Of a DNA stretch of 24,000 nucleotides, positions 1-6,225 are shown piece after piece (the stretch's first letter is position 1; the number at the start of each line of letters is the position of its first letter). The notes beneath the pieces are model-generated. The model made no database searches and was not told the DNA's origin. It saw nothing but the letters and a program-made list of their open reading frames with translations. The DNA is from Chamaesiphon sp. GTDB lineage: Bacteria; Cyanobacteriota; Cyanobacteriia; Cyanobacteriales; Chamaesiphonaceae. The position numbers and the translations under genes were made by a program. The stretch is taken from positions 34,803 to 58,802 of the forward strand of contig NZ_JBGSPA010000169.1 in the NCBI RefSeq assembly GCF_041738855.1, written 5' to 3'.

Positions 1-567
1 GGCGACAGTGATTTTGGGTAAGGCTCTATTGATACCAGTTCTGGGAATGGAGGAGATCGATACATCACCATCACGAGTGATGCTAGTATCTTTGGTAATG
101 GAACCCTTGGTAATTTTTCCGTTGCCAGACATGGGGTTTGAGGCAACTTTGATGGTGGGGAGCGATTTATTTAAGCCAGACTTGATACTCGCTGTTTTGA
201 CAGAGTTACCATTTGGATCGAGAGGAGCTTTTTCGATAACTTCGATCGGTTGTAATGCCAGAGTTGCAAAGGGATCGGAGCGACCTTTGGAGACGGTTTT
301 TGCCCAGTTCTCGCCATTAGTCGGCGCAATCAAGCCAGCAGCTACATCTACCGATATAGATTTGGTGCCGACTGTGGGTGTACTAGTAACGAGTGGAGTG
401 GCGGGAGTAGTCGCTGGTACGGCAGCAATCGGGCTAGGACTGACCGCAGGGCTAGCCGCAGCAGTCGGACTAGCTGCGGGTGTAGGAGGCTTGCTGCCGT
501 CACCACAGCTCGTCAGGACGATCGCCAAACTCCCGATCGCGCCTAGATAAAACCAAGATTTGTTCAT
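1..567 (-). CDS. Putative lipoprotein; the 3' end runs off the left edge (not in the ORF track)
   Basis: ATG at 567-565 has GAGG about 12 nt upstream. It reads MNKSWFYLGAIGSLAIVLTSCGDG..., a signal peptide plus lipobox (LTSC), followed by a Pro/Ala/Thr-rich linker. The frame stays open to base 1 (189 codons). The tracked + ORF 8..550 is its antisense shadow. Confidence 0.6.
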   Translation of the reverse strand, partial: MNKSWFYLGAIGSLAIVLTSCGDGSKPPTPAASPTAAASPAVSPSPIAAVPATTPATPLVTSTPTVGTKSISVDVAAGLIAPTNGENWAKTVSKGRSDPFATLALQPIEVIEKAPLDPNGNSVKTASIKSGLNKSLPTIKVASNPMSGNGKITKGSITKDTSITRDGDVSISSIPRTGINRALPKITVA

Positions 568-739
568 TAATTTCTATACCTCGTTTCCCTGAATATCGAT
601 ATACATATAAGGTTGATAACCGTGGGGATGATTAGACGCTTACGCTGCCATTGGCTCGGGTATTGAAATGACACGAATGGCTGGTCTATTTTTAGACTAC
701 CCAAATCTTGAGCGACAATCGCACTCACAACCAGATCGA

Positions 740-1513
740 CTAGGCGTCGTTATTTACCAACATCACTTTAAGGACATTCAGTCCTTTTTTGACGTGGCGG
801 GAGACGGTGATGACACTGATGTCCATCCGCTCGGCGACTTGTTTTTGAGTCAGATCGTGCAGGAAGACAAATTCGAGGATCTGGCGGGTATGTTGTTCGA
901 GCGAGATCAAGCTTTGTTGGACGCGTAGCCGATCTTCTTGGGATAGTTGGAAACTCTGGTAATGACGATCGGGTAACAGATCTGCTAAGTTACTGGCTTC
1001 ATCATCACTACCCATCGGCGAGTCTAGGCTTACTGGTTGGCGGTTTTGGTAAGCCATTTTGATTTCTTGCCACTCGATAAGGGGAATATCCAAGGCGAGG
1101 GCGATCTCGGCTTCTGTGGGCTGACGTTGATGTTGGGCTTGGAGATTTTTGGCGATCGTTCCGGCTTGTTGGATCAGTGCAAACCAGCGGCGTGGCATCT
1201 TTAAGACCGAACTTTTGTCGCGGAGATAGTGTTGAATCTCACCTCGGATATAGGGCATGGCAAAGGTACTAAATGCAAACCCTTTACTGACTTCAAATTT
1301 GTCGATCGCATTGATCAGTCCGATACTCCCAACTTGCAGTAAATCGTCATAAGTTTCTTTGCACTGACTCGTCCAGTAATGTGCTTCCTTCCGTACTAAC
1401 CCCAGGTTTAGCTCTACAATCTGGTTCCGCAATCTTGCTTTCCCAGTCTGTTGATATTCGCGTAGTAATTGTAAACTGTGGTGCTTCAGATCGCATTCTA
1501 AAACGGTAGTCAT
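740..1513 (-). CDS. sigF: Group-3 sigma-70 family RNA polymerase sigma factor (SigF-like)
   Basis: 257 aa with region 2 (DLLQVGSIGLINAIDKF, FSTFAMPYIRGEI), region 3 and a region 4 HTH (TQKQVAERMDISVITVSRHVKKGL). Size and layout match cyanobacterial SigB/F/G-type sigma factors. Confidence 0.9.
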   Translation of the reverse strand: MTTVLECDLKHHSLQLLREYQQTGKARLRNQIVELNLGLVRKEAHYWTSQCKETYDDLLQVGSIGLINAIDKFEVSKGFAFSTFAMPYIRGEIQHYLRDKSSVLKMPRRWFALIQQAGTIAKNLQAQHQRQPTEAEIALALDIPLIEWQEIKMAYQNRQPVSLDSPMGSDDEASNLADLLPDRHYQSFQLSQEDRLRVQQSLISLEQHTRQILEFVFLHDLTQKQVAERMDISVITVSRHVKKGLNVLKVMLVNNDA

Positions 1514-1514
1514 G

Positions 1515-1841
1515 TCACTTTCTAATTAAGAGTTGAGAGCGGATTGTCGTAGTCAGGAGGCGATCGGTGAGGCTAGATATACTCAACCAATCGGTGGGCG
1601 TTATTTTAAAGTCGCTAAAGTCAGTCTCGGTGTTGTGGTGCATCGAGCAGTAAATTCGCGCTCCCGATCGGCGATGAAGAGTCGATCGAGTACATTTTGT
1701 CAATGATCGATGGAGATTGTCTGCAAAGAGCGCGCTCTGGATCGAGGTGGGATCGTTGAAGTCACTAGTAGTGTCTATTTCGCTCACCCAATATTTGGCA
1801 TTGCTGGTGTTGACTGGAATTGCTGTTCGCTGCTGGTTCAA
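1515..1841 (-). CDS. Hypothetical ORF immediately upstream of sigF (doubtful)
   Basis: Its TGA stop (1517-1515) lies 1 nt from the sigF ATG (1513), an arrangement compatible with translational coupling. I recognise no family, and the Ser/Thr/Arg/His-rich composition is not convincing. Confidence 0.25.
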   Translation of the reverse strand: MNQQRTAIPVNTSNAKYWVSEIDTTSDFNDPTSIQSALFADNLHRSLTKCTRSTLHRRSGARIYCSMHHNTETDFSDFKITPTDWLSISSLTDRLLTTTIRSQLLIRK

Positions 1842-2028
1842 TTTGGCGAACGCCTTGACGTGTTCAGTTTAAGCTCAGATCTGGCTAAATTCCATCAGTG
1901 AGATTACTAGTCGTCAGTATTTGAGCAAAATTCGATCGATCGGGCTAGGTAATTTCACTGGCTTTGCGCGCTCCCCTGTGTTTAATCTGAACTTATCTAC
2001 ATTGTGAGCGATCGTTTGACAAATGAAT

Positions 2029-2036
2029 GCGATCGC
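2029..2036. repeat. HIP1 octamer GCGATCGC (representative copy)
   Basis: Exact GCGATCGC here and also at 2710-2717, 3911-3918 and 5297-5304. The CGATCG core is extremely frequent across the window. This is a hallmark of many cyanobacterial genomes. Confidence 0.9.
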
Positions 2037-2313
2037 ACTACGGGTTGGAGATGGATCTCGATCGCACTTGTCACATAGAGCGGGATGCGATCGTCTCTGA
2101 CAGCGGCTAGTCGCGATCGATCGCCGCCAGTCTACTTTGAGGAATGAGCGTTAAATAACTGGTAATTCCGCCGATGGTAGGGGCAATGTCTGCCAGCGAA
2201 AATCATCATTAAATGCCGCAACGCCTTCAAATCCTCATTTCCGAGCCTTCCCATTGCCGCTGGCAAACGAGAATCGATTAAAATAATACGTAAATAACCG
2301 GAAAATAGCGATC

Positions 2314-2493
2314 GTGACTACAAAACCACAAGCAGACTCACAGCGCAGTGATTCACCAGTAGAGCCTAGTTTTGGGTGGAATGCCTATGCCGAACGAGTC
2401 AATGGTCGATTTGCGATGATGGGATTTGTCATCCTGCTAGGGTTGGAATTGGTGTCGGGACAAGATCTCTTCACCTGGCTGGGATTGCGTTAG
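2314..2493 (+). CDS. hli: High-light-inducible protein (HLIP; one-helix CAB/ELIP/HLIP family)
   Basis: Below the ORF-track size cutoff. GTG start, 59 aa: (M)TTKPQADSQRSDSPVEPSFGWNAYAERVNGRFAMMGFVILLGLELVSGQDLFTWLGLR. It contains the chlorophyll-binding E-x2-N-G-R-x-A-M motif and a single TM helix. Confidence 0.85.
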   Translation: MTTKPQADSQRSDSPVEPSFGWNAYAERVNGRFAMMGFVILLGLELVSGQDLFTWLGLR

Positions 2494-2507
2494 AGGGGAA
2501 AAATCAA

Positions 2508-2553
2508 AACGCACGATCGTCATAGCTCAGTGTTGCCAGACAGATCGTGCGTT
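2508..2553 (-). terminator. Intrinsic terminator hairpin between the convergent hli and ycf66-like genes
   Basis: An 11-bp perfect stem, aacgcacgatc (2508-2518) with gatcgtgcgtt (2543-2553), can extend by 3 bp past a 1-nt bulge. On the minus strand it is followed by TTGATTTTT. It may also stop hli transcription from the other side. Confidence 0.6.
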
Positions 2554-2574
2554 CGAGATTTGGACTAAATTGGA

Positions 2575-3492
2575 TTAGTAGCGATCGGGGAAGACGATCG
2601 GTTCTGAGTCGGATGGTGGTAGTCCTGATGGTGGATCGATCGGTTCGTAGTCGATATAGCTGGCGGTGGTTCCGGTGATTTGTCCGGTTGCCGATCGATC
2701 TGTGGTCGCGCGATCGCGATCCGGATCGCGTTCTGGACGGCGACGGCGAGGATTGGCGTCTTCGGCAGTAGCAGTCAGATCGCGTCCTCGTTGCGGTGGC
2801 TCATCGAGATTGGGACGTTCCGCTCTTCTGCTAGTCGATTGACGTTGTGACTGTGTGCTAGCTAGATCGGCATCTGGCAGGGCGCGGCGCACCTGCGCTG
2901 GTTCGTCAAACTCGTTCCAGTCCTCCTCATCCCAACTGTCATTTTGGCGACGAGTGAGGGAGCTTATTCCGGTGCGAGCTGGCTCGGTGAGACGGCGGCG
3001 CGGGGCTGTCGGAGCAAACCTTTCTTCAGGCAACTCTCTAGTCGCAGAGCGACGACTAGGAAGCTCTTCTCGGTCTTCGCGTTCGTTGCTACTACGATCG
3101 AATCTATCTTTGTTGCGACGATTGCTCCGTTTGGCTGGGGCATATTCTGGCTCATCATCAATCTGGGCAGTGTAACCCGATTTCCGTGGGGGGGCTTCGC
3201 GACCAGCACTGCGACCACCGCCTTTGAGCCGTTTGTTTTCGGCACGCACCTGTAGAAATTGCCACATAATACTGATTAGAGCACCAATCATCAGCAATTG
3301 CTGGAAGGCCATTGCTGCGCCTAAGTCAAGGCTAATCAGCAGCAACAAACCACAGATGATGCCAATAATCGCATAGATGTTGTCAGATTCTTGATGCAGA
3401 TCGGGCTTGAACTTGCTGGTCAGAAACAGGCCCAAAGAGGCAAGAATCAAAACTAAGCCAAATAGCAGAGCCGCAGGAATGCCAAAACTCAC
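2575..3492 (-). CDS. ycf66: Ycf66-like membrane protein with a long charged low-complexity C-terminal tail
   Basis: The N-terminal ~85 aa (MSFGIPAALLFGLVLILASLGLFLTSKF...IIGIICGLLLLISLD...LLMIGALISIMWQFLQVR) has the TM pattern of the Ycf66 family. The remaining ~215 aa are rich in R/E/D/P/S/T. Confidence 0.6.
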   Translation of the reverse strand: MSFGIPAALLFGLVLILASLGLFLTSKFKPDLHQESDNIYAIIGIICGLLLLISLDLGAAMAFQQLLMIGALISIMWQFLQVRAENKRLKGGGRSAGREAPPRKSGYTAQIDDEPEYAPAKRSNRRNKDRFDRSSNEREDREELPSRRSATRELPEERFAPTAPRRRLTEPARTGISSLTRRQNDSWDEEDWNEFDEPAQVRRALPDADLASTQSQRQSTSRRAERPNLDEPPQRGRDLTATAEDANPRRRRPERDPDRDRATTDRSATGQITGTTASYIDYEPIDPPSGLPPSDSEPIVFPDRY

Positions 3493-3775
3493 GGTGATTT
3501 CCTCAGAGGGTGAAACATAAACGGTGCAAACCGTTGGGACATTAAATGCTCGACATGGTCAAAGGCTATTCAATTCTTTAGATATTTTAGCATTCACCAT
3601 TACTTGTGCCGATTGACCATATTCAGAACTGCTGTTGCTGGCGAAAACTTCACCACTTCTATTTTGACTCGATCGCTGCCATTCGTCCATCCGTAAATAG
3701 ACTAATTTTGTCATGGCAAAGCCTCAGATCGGTCATTCGACCCAACTGAGGAGAGCTAATCGTGAGCTATCGCTC

Positions 3776-3895
3776 CTAAGAACGTTGAATTTTATCTTTT
3801 TGGCTGATGAAGATCAAACCGATCGTGGCGGGAACGACGACAATCAAGCCACCAGCGAGCAAACTATATAAGAAATTGGCTAATGAGGGTGTCAT
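3776..3895 (-). CDS. psbX: Photosystem II reaction-centre protein X
   Basis: Below the ORF-track cutoff. 39 aa: [39 protein letters not shown]. By recollection this is near-identical in pattern to cyanobacterial PsbX (MTPSLANFL...[10 protein letters not shown]). Confidence 0.9.
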   Translation of the reverse strand: MTPSLANFLYSLLAGGLIVVVPATIGLIFISQKDKIQRS

Positions 3896-4091
3896 AAAAT
3901 ATTTTGTCCTGCGATCGCAATAAGAGATTCTTGCTTCTAATTCTAGCTATATAGTTGCCCGCTGAGAAGTGGTTGCCGAAATTTGACCGCACAATTGGTG
4001 GGTGAGATGGGGTAGGGATTGTTATGATAAGGCAGGAGATGCTAGGTCTTCACTAACTAATTTACAACTTCACCTTCATCTGTTTTGGGCG

Positions 4092-4808
4092 ATGATCTCG
4101 AACCTGAGCAAGTTTTGTCAATTTTGTGTAGTTATCCTCGTCACGGCAGTCATCACGGTGATGCTGCTGTACCCATATTCACTCAAATCATCCACTGAAT
4201 CGCTCGTCGCAGGCACGATCCAGCTCCCAGATCTCCAACAAATTTCCCCGCCCACCCCCGAATTAGCCTGGAGTGAAACTGGGGCGACAGTACTCCCCCT
4301 AGCTGCCCAAATCATGCAGATGCGGAATCGGGAGGGCGTCGAGCTAGATCCAGCTCAGAAAGGCTATTTGCGACCGCTATTTGGCGATCTGGTCGATCGA
4401 GTCACTGTCGTGTATGGCGCAAAATTACTCGATCGCTGGTCGCAAGGTGGCAAGGAAACTCACATCGGTGGTGTCGATTCATCCGCACAAACGTATTGCG
4501 ATCGGATCTACATTCGGGCAGCCTACTTACCACGCGATACCGATCGATTGGTGTTGTTGGCTCACGAACTCACTCATAGCCAACAATGCGCGCACGCTGG
4601 CGGGATCGGTCAGTTTGGGGAAAGTTATTTCAAGGGTTACTATCTGGGTGGACAGAATTATCAAGACAATCCTTTAGAAAAGTCAGCACGGCAAATGGAA
4701 AAAAAATTCACCCGCAATTTATGCCGTGCCATTGGTTGTCCACCTCAGAGTGGTAAGTACTATGTCAACTACAAGGGTTGGGGCATCCAGCTACCTGTGA
4801 ATATGTGA
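4092..4808 (+). CDS. Membrane-anchored DUF4157-like protein with an HExxH motif (putative zinc metallopeptidase fold)
   Basis: I prefer ATG 4092 (MISNLSKFCQFCVVILVTAVITVMLLY, an N-terminal TM helix) to the tracked non-ATG start at 4002. LRPLFGDLVDRVTVVYG...IYIRAAYLP...LVLLAHELTHSQQC matches the DUF4157 core signature (HELxHxxQ). Confidence 0.7.
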   Translation: MISNLSKFCQFCVVILVTAVITVMLLYPYSLKSSTESLVAGTIQLPDLQQISPPTPELAWSETGATVLPLAAQIMQMRNREGVELDPAQKGYLRPLFGDLVDRVTVVYGAKLLDRWSQGGKETHIGGVDSSAQTYCDRIYIRAAYLPRDTDRLVLLAHELTHSQQCAHAGGIGQFGESYFKGYYLGGQNYQDNPLEKSARQMEKKFTRNLCRAIGCPPQSGKYYVNYKGWGIQLPVNM

Positions 4809-4810
4809 AT

Positions 4811-4835
4811 GGTGGATAGTGGATGGTGGATGGTA
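4811..4835. repeat. Heptanucleotide tandem repeat (GGTGGAT / AGTGGAT), about 3.5 copies
   Basis: Read directly: ggtggat agtggat ggtggat ggta, starting 3 nt after the stop codon at 4806-4808. Confidence 0.85.
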
Positions 4836-4874
4836 CGTTTGACAAGCAACTCGCCGTTGGCTCCCATCACTTCG

Positions 4875-4908
4875 CTGTCAACTGTCAACTGTCAACTGTC
4901 AACTGTCA
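4875..4908. repeat. Heptanucleotide tandem repeat (CTGTCAA), about 4.9 copies, STRR-like
   Basis: Read directly: ctgtcaa x4 followed by ctgtca. It overlaps the stop codon and the last codons (..MTVDS) of the EVE-domain gene on the minus strand. Confidence 0.9.
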
Positions 4909-5362
4909 TCTGTGCTGATAGCTGTAAGATCTGCTCGGCAACGACAGCGAGGATCGGCATTACTGAGAGCCTATTCCCCTGCTTGACAGCCAACAACTGC
5001 TCGGGCGTGAATCGATCGCGTAGCGTTGCCAGATCGATGCTACCGTCGAAGATCCGCACGAATTCTACTTTGACAGTATGCCAGCGCGGAGCTACCACGG
5101 TAGCCTTGGGATCGTAATAGTCGCTAGTCGGATCGAATTGACTGGGATCGACAACTTGCGCTGCGACGATCTGCATCAAGCCGACAATCCCAGGTGGATT
5201 GGTATTGGAATGATAGAAAAAAGCCAGATCGCCGACTGCCATCGACTTGAGAAAATTCCGTGCTTGATAATTTCTGACACCATCCCAAATGGTGGTGCGA
5301 TCGCGATCGAGATCGGTGATGCCATAGACATCAGGTTCGGACTTCATCAACCAATAATTCAA
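4892..5362 (-). CDS. EVE (PUA-like, DUF55) domain protein
   Basis: 156 aa with an N-terminus typical of the EVE family: MNYWLMKSEPDVYGITDL...WDGVRNYQARNFLKSMAVGDLAFFYHSN. Confidence 0.85.
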   Translation of the reverse strand: MNYWLMKSEPDVYGITDLDRDRTTIWDGVRNYQARNFLKSMAVGDLAFFYHSNTNPPGIVGLMQIVAAQVVDPSQFDPTSDYYDPKATVVAPRWHTVKVEFVRIFDGSIDLATLRDRFTPEQLLAVKQGNRLSVMPILAVVAEQILQLSAQMTVDS

Positions 5363-5415
5363 GCAATCTTACCGCTACTAGGATGTCTATATGCATTCAT
5401 TGTATGCGGTATGAT

Positions 5416-6189
5416 TCAGATCTTCTCGATCGATTTAGTTGTCACAAGCTGCTTTAGTGCCAGCCAGATAAAAATGGGAATAGTCTGGGCATAACGTTTC
5501 CACAGCCGCCGAGGTTCCTGCATCAGTCGAAATAGCCACTCAAACCCAGCAGCGCGCATCGACTTAGGAGCGTGCTTTAAGACGCCAGCGTAGACAGGAA
5601 ATACCGCTCCAACGCCAATCATGACAGCTTGAATCTTGGCTTGATGTTGTGCCATCCACAATTCTTGCTTAGGACAGCCCAGTGCCACAAAGACAATTCC
5701 TGCGCCACTACTATTAATGATGCGGCTGATATTGGTATCTGCGTTGGCATCGAGTGGCCCAAAGGCAGGAGAATTCCTGCCAGCTATCTTTAATTGCGGA
5801 AATTCCGTTGCCAATCGTCGATCGATCTTTTCGAGAATATCCGGCGTTGACCCCAATAGAAAAATACTTATTTGAGCCTGAGATGCCTGTTCGCAAGTCG
5901 CCAGAAAAATGTCCATTCCCGCAACTCTCTCAGCCCGTTTTGTTCCCATCAATTTCAACATCCACACCAGTGGTATTCCATCTGGAGTGACAAGATCGGC
6001 GTGTCTCAATAAGTTAGCAAAGTCAGAATTTTGCTGAGCTTCGATCAACATATGCACATTAGCGACACAAACTATTTTACTCTGATACTTTTTTGCCCAA
6101 GTGACGATCGCCTTAATTTGCTCATCGAAAGATAAGTTACAGATGGGAGTGCCAATTACATCTTGAGTAGAAATATTATCTTTGTACAT
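5416..6189 (-). CDS. WecG/TagA/CpsF-family (GT26) glycosyltransferase
   Basis: 257 aa. VCVANVHMLIEAQQNSDFANLLRHADLVTPDGIPLVWMLKL, GCPKQELWM and the size match GT26 N-acetylmannosaminyl-type transferases. It lies 36 bp downstream of wzc. Confidence 0.85.
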   Translation of the reverse strand: MYKDNISTQDVIGTPICNLSFDEQIKAIVTWAKKYQSKIVCVANVHMLIEAQQNSDFANLLRHADLVTPDGIPLVWMLKLMGTKRAERVAGMDIFLATCEQASQAQISIFLLGSTPDILEKIDRRLATEFPQLKIAGRNSPAFGPLDANADTNISRIINSSGAGIVFVALGCPKQELWMAQHQAKIQAVMIGVGAVFPVYAGVLKHAPKSMRAAGFEWLFRLMQEPRRLWKRYAQTIPIFIWLALKQLVTTKSIEKI

Positions 6190-6225
6190 ATGTATGAATT
6201 TTGGTAGAACTTAGACGGTTGCTGG

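Noticed and set aside
8-550. Tracked + strand ORF of 180 aa rich in Ala/Gly/Val
   Set aside because: It is the antisense of a Pro/Ala/Thr-rich linker. The minus strand has a proper ATG, an SD-like GAGG, a signal peptide and a lipobox, which makes it the much better gene model.
1902-2313. HIP1-rich 410-bp region upstream of hli, examined for HLR1-type or NtcA-type sites and small ORFs
   Set aside because: I found no convincing direct-repeat TTACA-type element and no GTA-N8-TAC site. The short ORFs (for example a 44-codon minus-strand one) have no recognisable features.
2855-3255. Three overlapping ORFs over 90 aa (2855-3175 +, 2944-3255 +, 2964-3245 -)
   Set aside because: All lie within the compositionally biased, stop-poor tail of the Ycf66-like gene. 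Their Arg/Ser-rich products look like frame shadows.
3559-3714. 51-codon minus-strand ORF (MTKLVYLRMDEWQRSSQNRSGEVF...) between psbX and the ycf66-like gene
   Set aside because: It has no recognisable family, no TM helix and no clear ribosome-binding site. It could be real, but the sequence alone does not support it.
4002-4091. N-terminal extension of the DUF4157 ORF from a non-ATG start
   Set aside because: The extension (MRWGRDCYDKAGDARSS...) precedes a good ATG that starts directly at a TM helix. The shorter model is more plausible.
4811-4908. Possible CRISPR-like or regulatory repeat array
   Set aside because: The units are 7 nt, directly tandem with no spacers. They are simple heptamer microsatellites, not CRISPR.
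4809-5494. Plus-strand ORFs 4809-5117 and 5078-5494
   Set aside because: They are antisense to the well-supported EVE-domain gene and the GT26 gene 3' end, with no recognisable motifs.
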